The position numbers and the translations under genes are program-made. From positions 1 through 64,000 of the IMG/VR virus record IMGVR_UViG_3300020583_000224: 64,000 nucleotides of DNA. One strand, written 5' to 3'. Shown here one piece after another: positions 39,163 to 49,846 of this stretch. The number at the start of each line of letters is the position of its first letter. Position 1 is the stretch's first letter. Source of the DNA: a virus. The notes under the pieces are model-generated. The model had not been told where the DNA came from, did no database searches, and saw only the letters and a list, made by a program, of their open reading frames with translations.

Positions 39163-39597
39163 ATGCTGATCCACCAGATCGCCCGCCACATCGCCACCCA
39201 GGCCAGCCGGCGCGCCAACCGGACCCGCATCGGCTCGCACAAGTCCGTGGGCCGCCTGCGTGCCGTCCTCGCCAGCCTGGCCGCCCGCTGGAACCGCGCA
39301 CACCACCCAGCGCCCTACCTCACCGTCGCCGACTACATGACCGACACCCTGCGTATGGACCGCGAAGACGCCCGCCGCTACGCACCCCCGCTCGGCGGCC
39401 ACGTCCGCAAGGCCTACGCCGCGAAGTTCGGCCACGCCCCGACCGACACCGTTCTCGTCGTCGTCGGACGCGGACCGGCGCTTGCCCACCCCAGGATCGT
39501 GACCGCGACCGCGTACGAGCCGGGCGACATCGCCGTCCTCAACGCCGGGGCTCGTAACTACAAGCGCACCGCCGCCCTCCTGAACGGAGCCTCCTGA
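39163..39597 (+). CDS. hypothetical protein
   Basis: GAGGAG RBS; first gene after the promoter. Confidence 0.65.
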   Translation: MLIHQIARHIATQASRRANRTRIGSHKSVGRLRAVLASLAARWNRAHHPAPYLTVADYMTDTLRMDREDARRYAPPLGGHVRKAYAAKFGHAPTDTVLVVVGRGPALAHPRIVTATAYEPGDIAVLNAGARNYKRTAALLNGAS

Positions 39598-40716
39598 TGA
39601 CCAACACCAGCGTGGCGCCCTACGCCGTCGGCGATCGCGTGTCCGTCGCCTACGAGGCCGACGACGTCTGCGACATTCTGCGCACCGAAGCCACTGTCGT
39701 CGAAGTCAGGCCGGTGACGCCTGCATGGAACCTCAGCCTGCAATGGTGGGAGGTCCGCTGTGCCGGGGTGCCGAACCGCCGCACGGTGACGTGGCTCGTG
39801 GACGCTTCCGGTCGCGATGTCTACCCCTTCCCGAACGCCCAGACACCGGACGGCCTGCCGTGGATCGCCAAGGCCGACCCGATCGGAGCCTCCAATGACT
39901 GAGAACCTGCCCGAGCTGGTCCCGCACTGCGAGAAGCACGGCCCGATGACGCTGCGCCCTGCCGCCGTTCAGACGAAAGAGCAACTGTGGTGCGGCGCCT
40001 GGTACGACTGCACGTCCGTCGAGTTCGGCCAGCGGTGCGGCGTCTCGGCCCTGACCGAGTCGAAGGCGTTGCGTGCGCAGCTCGACGAGAAGCGTGCAGC
40101 ACGGGCCGCTCGCGTGGCTGCGGGCACCAACATGCGCACTGCGCTGATCGGAGCCTGACCGTGCGCAAGCGCATCGATGTCTTCTGCGACATGTCGTCGC
40201 TCGCCCACCGCATGTCCGACATGCGCGACCGTTCCTGCCCCGAATACCTCGCGGCCGTCCAGGAGATGAACCGGCTGCGCGGCGAACTGTGCCGCGTGCA
40301 GGGCGTCGCCGAGCGGGATATCACGCCGGACGGCTACAACATCTCGGACAGCGCCTACGAGTCGGTCCGGGCGGACTGGATCTACAACCTGAACCAGATC
40401 GACGGCCACAAGTACCTGGACGGCGCGCGGGCGGCATACGCGAAGTGGATCGGGCTGCGCCCCGACCTCACCGAGGGCGACGACTGGTTCGCTGAAGTCG
40501 AGGTGTCCGAGGATGCCTGAAAACGAGCCCTTGACCCGCGACGCCTACCTCTATCCGCTTCAGCTGGACATGATGCGCGACCGTCTCGTCGAGCAGGGCG
40601 ACTACCCGGCTGGCATGACGCTGTGCGAGGTCGCGGGGATGAACGGTGACGCCCCGGCCGGGGTGGGCTGCCCGTTCTACGGCGAGGACTTCTGCACCTG
40701 CGACCCGGTCGACTGA
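39597..40716 (+). other. four hypothetical ORFs (39597-39902, 39895-40158, 40161-40520, 40513-40716)
   Basis: overlap-coupled ORFs. Confidence 0.55.
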
Positions 40717-40750
40717 CCACTACTTCCACACCATCTAGGAGGACTTGACC

Positions 40751-41005
40751 ATGAGCGACTGGCGGCACGACGCCGCATGTGTAAATACGGACCCTGAGTT
40801 GTTCTATCCGATTGGATCTACAGGGCCGGCACTTCTTCAGATCGAGGACGCCAAGGCTGTCTGCCGCAGGTGCGTCTCGATCGATGCTTGCCTCCAGTTC
40901 GCTTTGGAGGCCGGGATCAACGAGGGCGTCTGGGGCGGCATGAGCGAGACGGAGCGAAGCGCCTTGAAGCGCCGCGCCGCCCGCGCCCGATCGCGGATGG
41001 CCTGA
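40751..41005 (+). CDS. WhiB-family transcription factor
   Basis: WRHDAAC...DPELFYP...AKAVCRRC...C...GVWGG. Confidence 0.95.
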   Translation: MSDWRHDAACVNTDPELFYPIGSTGPALLQIEDAKAVCRRCVSIDACLQFALEAGINEGVWGGMSETERSALKRRAARARSRMA

Positions 41006-41006
41006 C

Positions 41007-41601
41007 ATGGCGTCGATCACCCGCGATTTCCCGCTCGCCCAACTTGTGGATTGGGACGTCCCATACTCGGACGACGCGATCCACACGACGAGTGAGTGGT
41101 GCGTGTTCCGCGCGCCTGACGACGGCTTGGTCTACCGGATCGACCTGAGTCCGCAGGCCGCCGAGTGCAACGACATGTACTGGTACGACGACATGCCCCG
41201 GGTGGTGACGGCCGAGCGTGTCGAACTGCGTCAGGCGCTTACCGACGCGTGGACGCCGGTCGAGACCGAGAACGGAGTTTGACATGCCTGACTGGACCCC
41301 GGCCGGCACTGACGCGGATCTCGACACGATCCTGGACGGCGAGTTCGCGTGTACTCGCGTGTGGGAGGCGTGGCAGGTCGGCACGATGACGCAGGACGAC
41401 TTCACGCCGATGGCCGAGACCGAGATCGTGAGCGACTTGCTCGCCTGGCGTGACGCGGCTGTGCACGCCGCCATCGAGCGCGCCGTGCAGCGGTTCCGCG
41501 AGAACCCCATGTGGGCCACCGCAGCCTCTTGGAACGGCGCCCAGCAGGCGGCCGAGTGGTTCGCGGCGCTCGCTACTGACCTGAATGGAGACGACCAGTG
41601 A
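41007..41601 (+). other. two hypothetical ORFs (41007-41282, 41284-41601)
   Basis: coupled ORFs. Confidence 0.55.
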
Positions 41602-42408
41602 CCCTCACCGACCGCCGCGCCGAAATCGCGGCACGCATTCCCGCAGGCGAGCACCCCTGGCGCCTCGAACCGCGCATCGTAGCCTCCGGGCTCGACGAGT
41701 GGGAGGAAGGGTTCGAGATCTGGACGGCGATCGAGGACGGCGACCACCTTGTTACCGAAGTCCACCACGAGTTCGACCCCGACGATGAGGAGTGCGACGG
41801 CGAGTCGGGCATCGTCTCCGTCCAGATCGACGCCACGCACGACATCCACCCGCAGGCCTCGGCGATCGCGCAATTCATCCTCCACGCCCGCGACGACATG
41901 ACGTGGCTGCTCGCCGAGGTCCAGCGCCTCACCGACGAACTCGACGCCCGCGAGTCGAGCAGCGACCTGGCGGCCACGCGGGAGATCGACCTCCGCGCTG
42001 ACCGCGACGCCCTTGAGGCGAAGCTTGACTCCGCGCTCTCCACCGTCACGGCGCTGACTCAGACGATCCGTGCCATCCCTGACGCCGTCGCGAATGACGC
42101 CGCGAACCTCCGCGCATGCCAGGGCGCAGCGCGACCGCCTCGCTGTCGAACGCAACCAGGCGTTGAGCGACCTTGCCGGCGCGAACGAGCAGCTCGACCA
42201 CCTCGCGGAGCGCGTTGCCGAAGTCAAAGCCGAGCGCGACGAAGCCCGCAAGGTCGCCGCCAGCCTGCTCCACGGCATCGAACTGCACGCCGGCTTCGAC
42301 GCCATCAAGACGCTCAACGTCACCGATCTCCCGGCCTGGGCCACGCCGTGGCTCGCTGCTGAGCGTTACGCCCGTGCCCGTGCCGCCACCGAGGAGACCG
42401 TGTCATGA
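41598..42408 (+). pseudogene. coiled-coil protein with an apparent frameshift near 42120
   Basis: coding-like frame switches at TGCCAGGGCGCAG; the corrected end overlaps the next ATG. Confidence 0.5.
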
Positions 42409-44889
42409 CCGACCTGCCGTTCGACCCCGGCGCCCGGAAGCGTGTCGCCGCGTTCCTTGCAGCCCATGCAGCGCGCAGTGCCGACTATCCGTCAGCCACG
42501 CGTCCCGCCACGAAGCGGCTCGCCACCGTCAGCGCGCCCGGCTCGGATGTCGAGCACGTCTTGACCGACGACGACCTGGACGAGGTTCTGCGCCAGTTGG
42601 CGGACGCGAAGGACCGGGCCGAGATGCTCGCGGAGGCGAGCGCCGTGCACCGCGGGACGATCGACGACCTCGAAGAAGCGCTCGTCGAGGCGCGCGAGGC
42701 CCGAGACGTCTGGCTCGACACGGCGATGAAGCTCAAGGATCGCTGCGCCGATGCTCAGGCCGGGCGCAAGGCGGCCGCGACGGAACTCGCCGCGCTGAAG
42801 GCGACGCGCCCGTGCGGCCGGTCGGCGACGCATCCGCCGCACATGTGGATGAGCGCGCGGCGCGGGGTTCAGTGCGCGGGCTTCGGCGAGTGCGACGTTG
42901 CGCCTGCCGTGGCTGTGGAGCCCGCCCCGAAGCCAGCGCATGCCCCGACCCCGAACGGTCTGCTCTGCACGTGCGGCGAGCCGTTCGGGCACGACGAGCC
43001 GCTGGGTGATCTCGATGTCTGACCTGGACCTGCTCGCCGCGTCCCTCAATGACACGACCCGGCATTTGGCCGAGCACATTCAGCGGCGCGCGGAGGAGAT
43101 CGCTGATCCGCAGATCCTCGCGGTCCGGCTGGACGCGAAGGACAAGATCGACCGGTTGCGCAGCGACCACAAGTTTGAGAACCAGCGGAAGGACGACCTG
43201 ATCCGGGAGTTGCGGCGGCAGTTGGATGCGGCTGTCCGCTCCGTTGAGCGCCTGCATACCGAGGTCAAGGAGACCCGCGGAGCCGTGCGCCGTGTCGAGG
43301 TGCTGCATGTGTGGACGAACGAGGACGGCAAGAAGTTCGTGTTCGCCGACGAGTTGTGGACCGCGCTTGCCGAGGCGGGCAGTCCGGCCGCACGGGCGCT
43401 CGCGGAGATCCAGCAGCGGAGGGCCGACGCCGATGCCTGAGCCGTCCATCCAGTTCGCCACGATATTCAGGGGCCTGATCCGGTTCTTCGTCCCGGTCGT
43501 GCTCGCCACCGCGGGGGCCGGGTTCGCCGCCCGCGCGATTTACCACAACACGTCGGCGCAGGCCGTGCTCCTGGTCGTCGCCGGGACTGTCGCGGGCGCG
43601 ATCCTCGGCGCGATCTGGGTGATCAAGCACGTCGAGCAGGACCCCCGGGCCACCGACCGCGAGCAGTGCAACGTACCCGAAACCACCACCAACGAAGGGA
43701 ACTGACCGTGTCCGCAGACAACTCCTGGTCGGGCCGCGTCACTATCACGCCGCCGTTGACTTGGCAGGAGTGCAAGGTCTCGCCCGGCGTCGAGGACGTG
43801 AAACTCGACATCCACGAGGAAGACGGGCCCGACGGCCGCATCCTGACTGCCGTAGCCGTGGTTCCCGCGCGCCGGAGCGACTCGTGGTCGGCGCATACCG
43901 GGCAGGAGCTTCAGTTCCTCATCGACTCGCATCCGGGCCACGAGTTCGACGGCTACCTGAGGGTCGACTGGAAGCCCGTGTACGGCGACGGCCAGGTGCT
44001 CGCTGAGCGCTGGACGGTCGTCGAGCGCACGGTCGTGCACGAGGTGGGGCGGCTGGCCTGGGAGCTCGACGGCGGGGACGGTGCCTGATGGACAGCGCGA
44101 AGGCGATCGCCGACCTGCGTGCCGCCGTCACGAAGGCGGGCGACACGGCCCGGTTGAACACCCCGATCACGATCACGCTCGACCAGGCGCGGGCGATCCT
44201 GGGCCGCGAGGCGTGGCTGACCGATGCTGTCGTGATGGCGGCAGCGCTGTGGTTCGAGGAGATCAAGGACCCGCGTGAAGCCGACTACGCCTCCGAGTGC
44301 CTGTACGAGACGGCGGAAGACCTCAAGCAGGCCAACCCGCGACTCAAGGGCGGTGCGTGATGCCCGCGAAGTCCGCCCTGGACCGCCTCACCCAGCTCGT
44401 CGCGGAGCACCCGCACTCGCCGGCGTCCACGCGCGTGTCGCTGACGTTGGGTGAGGTGCGGGACCTGAAGTGGCGGCTCGACTGGCTGGCCGCCGAGTGC
44501 GAGTCGGCGACGGAGAAGGAAGGTGTCTGATGGCCCGCGAGTACACGCCGACGCGCCGCTGCCCGCACAGACTGTGCGTGCCGCTGCATATCGGCTTCAT
44601 CCTGCCGACGATCATCTTCGTCGTGCTGCTGTTCATGCACGGCACGGGCGGGCAGTCGCTGGGGCAGGCGAGTTTCCTGTGGGGTTTCCTGATCCTGGTC
44701 GGCGTGGTCTGTTATGCGATCGCTCGGATCGTGCACGGCCGGTCGGATAAGGAGCTCGACCGATTGGAGCGCCGCGACAAGGCGCGTCCCAGGGGGCGCC
44801 GTACCATGGACGCGGTCTGCAACACTTGTTGCGGGTTAGGGCGGCTAAGCCGTTGCCTGCCATCCCCTGGGACGCAGGGTCCAGCCTAA
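42405..44889 (+). other. seven hypothetical ORFs (42405-43022, 43015-43440, 43433-43705, 43708-44088, 44088-44360, 44360-44530, 44530-44889)
   Basis: overlap-coupled; two carry TM helices. Confidence 0.55.
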
Positions 44890-45180
44890 CGGTCCATGAG
44901 CAGGCTCTCGTCGGAGTACCGGTCGACGAACGAGAGCTGCCAGTTCGCCGGTAGTTGCTCGCCGCAGTCCGGGTCGGTACAGAGCCACGCGATACGGTTG
45001 CCGTCCACGTCAGCGATGGGGCGTTTCCTGGGCCAGGCCGCTGCCCGCCTTCCCACCTGCGGCGACGCCAGGTGCCTTGCGGGAAACCGCAGGTCGCGTT
45101 GCGCGGTCGGTCGGGGCGGGGGCAAGCATCGGCCCGCCCGCGCCCGCTGCCCGTACGCTGTCTGCATGTGCCGCTACGGG

Positions 45181-45522
45181 ATGACCAACTACAAGACCCA
45201 CTACGTGTGCGTCCCGTGTCGCCGGACGCTGAAGTCTGACCCGCTGGACCTTGTCGCCGGATCGACGCCGGGCTGCCCCGAGTGCGCCGGGCCCACGCTC
45301 CATGTCGGCCGTGACTTCGCCGCTCCCCGGCGCCTGGACGACGGCGCGTGGCGCGCTCTCGCTGCTGTCCTCGACGCCGGGTTGCGGTTCGATTCGTGTG
45401 GCTGTGGCGGCCCCGGTGGGCGTCCGCGTACGCCTGCTGCGGCGCGGGCCAGGACTCGGTATGCCCAGCGGACCGGAAAGCCCGCGGCGAAGGCGCTGAG
45501 CGAGCCGTACGGCGTGTACTGA
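45181..45522 (+). CDS. zinc-finger hypothetical protein
   Basis: YKTHYVCVPCR...CPEC...GRDFAAPR. Confidence 0.6.
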   Translation: MTNYKTHYVCVPCRRTLKSDPLDLVAGSTPGCPECAGPTLHVGRDFAAPRRLDDGAWRALAAVLDAGLRFDSCGCGGPGGRPRTPAAARARTRYAQRTGKPAAKALSEPYGVY

Positions 45523-45563
45523 CGGCCGCGTTTATGCTAGACGTGCCCTGTGGCAGGGACTTA

Positions 45564-45587
45564 GGCCCCGGGCTTCGGCTCGGGGCC
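45564..45587. terminator. hairpin between convergent genes
   Basis: GGCCCCGGGC-TTCG-GCTCGGGGCC. Confidence 0.6.
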
Positions 45588-45602
45588 GTTCGCTTTGGCC
45601 TC

Positions 45603-46622
45603 CTACGCGTCGTCTACGGCGTCGAGCGGGTCCGTCAGGCACTTGTGCCACACACCGCTCGCCGAGGTGCACAGGAACGCATTCACGTACATGGCACGGG
45701 CCTTCTCTGGCGTCTCCGGCTCGTAGTAGTGGCCAGTCTCCTTGCTCGTTGGCTCCTTGTAGTCCTTGCGCATCTTGTCGTGCGCCCACTTCCAGACGCC
45801 TGCGCGGACATCCCACAGTTCGTTGAGCACTTCCTGAACCTCATCGACGGAGAGGTGAGGGATCAGCGCGATGTAGCCGTCTCGCTCGGTGCGGTTTTCC
45901 TCCGGGACGTTCGACGTCTTGCGCTGCTTCGGCACGCGTTCAGCTTGGGGAGTTTCCTGCGACTCGGCGGACCTCTTCGCGGTTGGCGCGTGAGCGTCAC
46001 CCCTTGGGCGGTCCCGCCCCGGAGCCGTCGTTCCGACGGCACGCGACGATCGCTCCCTATTACTAGGTACATAGCTAGGTGGCCGTACAACCTTGTCCAC
46101 TGGTTCGATCAAATTTGTACACTGGTCGTCTGGATCGGTGTACAAATCTGACTCCCAGACTTCAAGGTCATCTTCGGGCTCGCGAAGGTGCCAACCGTCC
46201 AGCCCGGGAACGCTCGGCAGCACTTCATCCTGGATCGACGGATCCGGGATCGTCAACTGGTACTCATCCGAGTACTCGCGGTTCACCCCGGCCTTGTACT
46301 CGCGGGCCTTGCGCATCCATCCGGTCTTCACAAGCACTTTGATGTGGCGGCGGATCGTCAGTTCGTTGCAGTGGTGGTCCGACGCCAGTCGCTCGTTGCC
46401 AGGGTGAACCTTGCTGCCGTCCGTGTTGCCGTAGGTCGACATGGTGAAGCCGAGCGCTTTGGGCCCGTCGGGGATGTTCGCGGATCGAAAGGCTTTGCGC
46501 CACGTCTTGACGTCGGCATCGTGCCCCTTGGCTTCGGCGATGATGTGCTGGCTCTTGCCGCGCGGCTTTCGAGTTGCGGGGTCGAACGGGCGACGCTTGT
46601 CGGTGGGTGCTGCTACCGTCAT
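45603..46622 (-). CDS. winged-HTH Rep-like protein
   Basis: KALGFTMSTY...HPGNERLA...TIRRHIKVLVKTGWM; AGGAG RBS. Confidence 0.6.
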   Translation of the reverse strand: MTVAAPTDKRRPFDPATRKPRGKSQHIIAEAKGHDADVKTWRKAFRSANIPDGPKALGFTMSTYGNTDGSKVHPGNERLASDHHCNELTIRRHIKVLVKTGWMRKAREYKAGVNREYSDEYQLTIPDPSIQDEVLPSVPGLDGWHLREPEDDLEVWESDLYTDPDDQCTNLIEPVDKVVRPPSYVPSNRERSSRAVGTTAPGRDRPRGDAHAPTAKRSAESQETPQAERVPKQRKTSNVPEENRTERDGYIALIPHLSVDEVQEVLNELWDVRAGVWKWAHDKMRKDYKEPTSKETGHYYEPETPEKARAMYVNAFLCTSASGVWHKCLTDPLDAVDDA

Positions 46623-46812
46623 AGGTAGTTCTGCTCCTTGCGCGGAGTCGGGTTGGCGAGCGGGAACTCGCTGATCATCACCATTCGGCCCGGTCCTTCT
46701 GGATCGGGCCGAATGCTTGTTCTAAGTGTCCCAGAGCCTGCCGACATCCGGGACGCGACAGCGCATCTGTCGACACGTCGCGGCACACCTCGCGTACGGG
46801 ACACTGGACGGC

Positions 46813-48756
46813 ATGAAGTCCACCGTCGACCAGTTGCCGCCGCGCTGCACCCTCTGCGGCAGGGAGATCTGCTATCGCACTGGCGACGACCTCTGGGCCT
46901 GGCCCAAGGGCTGGTACCACGTCGAATCCGGCCTTCGACACTGCTATCCCTACTCGTCGCACGATCAAGCCGCACCGGCCTTGGACGGGTCCTCGTTCAC
47001 GATCGAGCGCGGCCCGGCCGACCCGAGCACCCACGCGATGGTGGCTGCGGCGACAGGCGGCGGCCCGCGGGCGCGGGAGGTCCGCCCGCAGTTCGCGAAC
47101 GAGGACCCGTTCGAGTTCGCGACCGGCACCGTGCGGTTCGGCGACGGGCCGACGATCCCCGCATCATCGTTCTCGATGGCCACCGAGCCGCCCCGTCCGG
47201 CGTACGGGTTCGAAGCGGGCAGCCTCGAGGCGCACGGCACACTGGAGATGACGCTGGACGAGGACGGCATGGGGTTCGCTGCCGTGCTCCTCGCAGGGAC
47301 AGGCCTGCCACGGCACGACCTGCGCTACGAGTACCCGGACGGCGCGGACAAGTACTGCCCGGTGTGCCATGAGCCCGCCACGGCGCTCAACGTAGAGGGC
47401 GTGGCGTTCTTCCCGTCGGGCGGCGTCAGGGACGGGGACAGCGTCTCGTTCCGGCTCGTCGGCGTGGACCCGGCCGCGTACCGGTGCGAGCCGTGCGGGC
47501 ATCAGTTCGACCGGGACGGGAAGGAGATCGAGCCGTGACTGAACTCGCACTCGACCCGGCCTGCCAGTTCGCAGCCGCCACCGCCAACTCGGACATCACC
47601 CACGACGTTTGCTGCCTCGACGAGGATGCCGAGACCGGCCGCGTCACCATGTGCGGGCTCGCACTCCCCGACGGTGACGACAGTGCCATCGCGGACGGGA
47701 TCGAACCCACCTGCGTGGTCTGCCAGGACCTACTCGGCAAGTGGGCTGAGTACGGCGACCTCTACCACGAAGATCCACGCCAGCCGGTTGTTGAGCCGTG
47801 CCGCGTGTGCCCGCGAAGCCACGGGGAGGGCGAGTGTGGATGATCTGGTGACGCATCATGAGCCCGCCCTGTACCGCTCGGGCCGTCACGGCTGCTGGGC
47901 GACCTGCGGATGCGGGCGTTGGCACTCACGGCGGTGGACGACCGTGGGCGGGGCGCACCTTGAGTTCGGGCGGCATCTCCTCGACATGAATGGCGGGAAC
48001 CGATGAAGCACAGCACCCTGACCATGGGCGACGCGGTCGCCCGCAAGTCCATCCTCCAGGTCGACACCGGCCGCAGCGCGGACCTGGTGAAGGTCAAGGC
48101 ATGCGCCGGGACCGGGCCGTACACGGTGACGGTGCGCCCAGTGACGTGGCTGGACCGGGCGTGGATGCGGCTGGGGGCGTACGTGCGGCGCCCGTGGCGG
48201 GCAGTCCGGCACTGGCGGCTCACCCGATGCGACGCGCGCTTCTGCTGGCGCCCTGAGCGGTTCGTGGACGCGGACTGGAACGGGTACTGCGGGCGGCACA
48301 AGCCCGACGGGGCGCAGGAGTTGCCGTCCCGATGAGCATCCCTGACGAACCGGCCGACTTCCTGAAGGTCCCGATGGCCGACGGCGGCAGCCGGACGCTG
48401 CTCGCGCGGTTCACCGACGGTACGGTCCTGTGCTGCATCTGCTTCGGCCGGTTCCGCATGGACGAGTTGAACCCGGTCGAGGGCGGCAGGGTTGAGGACG
48501 TGTGCAAGCAGTGTGCGGCCGACGAGATGCGGGAACTGGAGCGGCGCGCATGACCGCCGTACAGCCCTTCCCTGACGTGCCAGCCTGGCAGGAACCGCAC
48601 GAGCGCTCACAACGCTGCCTAGAACTGCTCGACAAGCTGCGGCGCGGCCGGTACCAGCCGGCCGAGTCCACGGTGTGGATGGCGGACAGCAAGGCAGCGA
48701 AGCGCGCCGGGGTGCACGAGTGGGAATGGCGCAACATCATCCTGACCAGCCGGTAG
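46813..48756 (+). other. six Cys-rich hypothetical ORFs (46813-47538, 47535-47843, 47836-48006, 48003-48335, 48332-48553, 48550-48756)
   Basis: overlap-coupled; CxxC motifs. Confidence 0.5.
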
Positions 48757-48873
48757 CAGTCTGGCGGCTCAGCGTTAGGTGGCAGCGTCCCGGTGTGGCA
48801 GAGCACGGTCTTGTCGGCCGCGATACCGCGTGCCGCCGTCGTGATCGGCCTGCCGCAGTGGCCGCAGGTCTCA

Positions 48874-49341
48874 TCAGGCATCGGCTTCCGTCTCCCACCG
48901 CACGTCGTAGCCTTGCCGTTCAACGGCTTCCCGGATCTCGGTGACAAGCATCGCGCCGCCCAGTGTCAGGTATTCGTTCGCGGGATCGTCGTCCAGCGCG
49001 GTCAGGTACAGGTCGCCGACACGGGCCAAGACGGCCAGGTCGCGCTGCATGGCCTCGATCTGGGCGAGCAGGGTTGCCGGGTCGGGTCGGCCGAGGATGT
49101 CCGCGAGGATCTCGTGCTCGCAGCGGCCCGCCATCGCCGCGAACGTCTCGAGCATCCCGTCGAGGTACAGCTTCCAGTCCGGATGCTGCACGTCGGCCGG
49201 GAACGTCATCCCGTCGTCCTCATAGTCGCGCACCGGCTGCCGCCACAGCTCGAAGCCGTCACGACTGGTCGCGCGCTGCTCCCAGCCTGTGCGCAGCAGG
49301 TAGGCGTGCACCTGCTCCAGCGTTGGCGCGGCGTCAGCCAT
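48874..49341 (-). CDS. hypothetical protein (HicA-like N-terminus)
   Basis: AYLLRTGW...ELW...FP. Confidence 0.5.
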   Translation of the reverse strand: MADAAPTLEQVHAYLLRTGWEQRATSRDGFELWRQPVRDYEDDGMTFPADVQHPDWKLYLDGMLETFAAMAGRCEHEILADILGRPDPATLLAQIEAMQRDLAVLARVGDLYLTALDDDPANEYLTLGGAMLVTEIREAVERQGYDVRWETEADA

Positions 49342-49846
49342 CGATCCTCCACTCGGGCTTGAAGTCGGGGTGCCCGGCAAAGGGTGCGGCGAGCAGCTTC
49401 TCCTGCACAGCCACTGCCCCGACCGCGAACACGACGAAGGCGGCCACGGTAAGCGGCGCGTCGGCGGGAAGCGCTGCGACAGCCCCTTCCGCGTCGTGGC
49501 GTAGGACTTCCAGGTGGCGCAGCATCTGCCGTTTGGCTGCGATGTCGGCGAGCACCCGGGCCGGATCGTGGTAGGCGATGTGCCGCAGGTTCGCCTCGGC
49601 CTCGTCCTGCCACTCGGCGCTGAACGCGATGATAGGCGTCCCGTTGTACTCGCCCGCCTCGTAGTCGTTCCAATCCTCGCCCTCGTACGGGTCGCGGCCC
49701 TGAATCAGGCGCAGCGGCGTGTCGGCGGCGGCGTGCTTGTCCCGGGTTGCGCACCACTGGCCAGCGACGGGCACCTGTGTCGTCGCTTCGGCGAGTCGCT
49801 GCAGTTCGTCGTAGCGGTCCGAGATGAACCGGATGATCTCGGTCAT
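49334..49846 (-). CDS. DUF6221-family protein
   Basis: HIAYHDPARVLADIAAKR...FAGHPDFKPEW. Confidence 0.75.
   Translation of the reverse strand: MTEIIRFISDRYDELQRLAEATTQVPVAGQWCATRDKHAAADTPLRLIQGRDPYEGEDWNDYEAGEYNGTPIIAFSAEWQDEAEANLRHIAYHDPARVLADIAAKRQMLRHLEVLRHDAEGAVAALPADAPLTVAAFVVFAVGAVAVQEKLLAAPFAGHPDFKPEWRIDG

Noticed and set aside
40917-42344. Long antisense ORFs (this one, 27415-28743, 53875-55035 and others)
   Set aside because: Shadow ORFs of high-GC genes with no RBS or recognisable motifs.
41598-42408. Programmed frameshift
   Set aside because: No slippery heptamer is evident; a single-base error or mutation is more likely.
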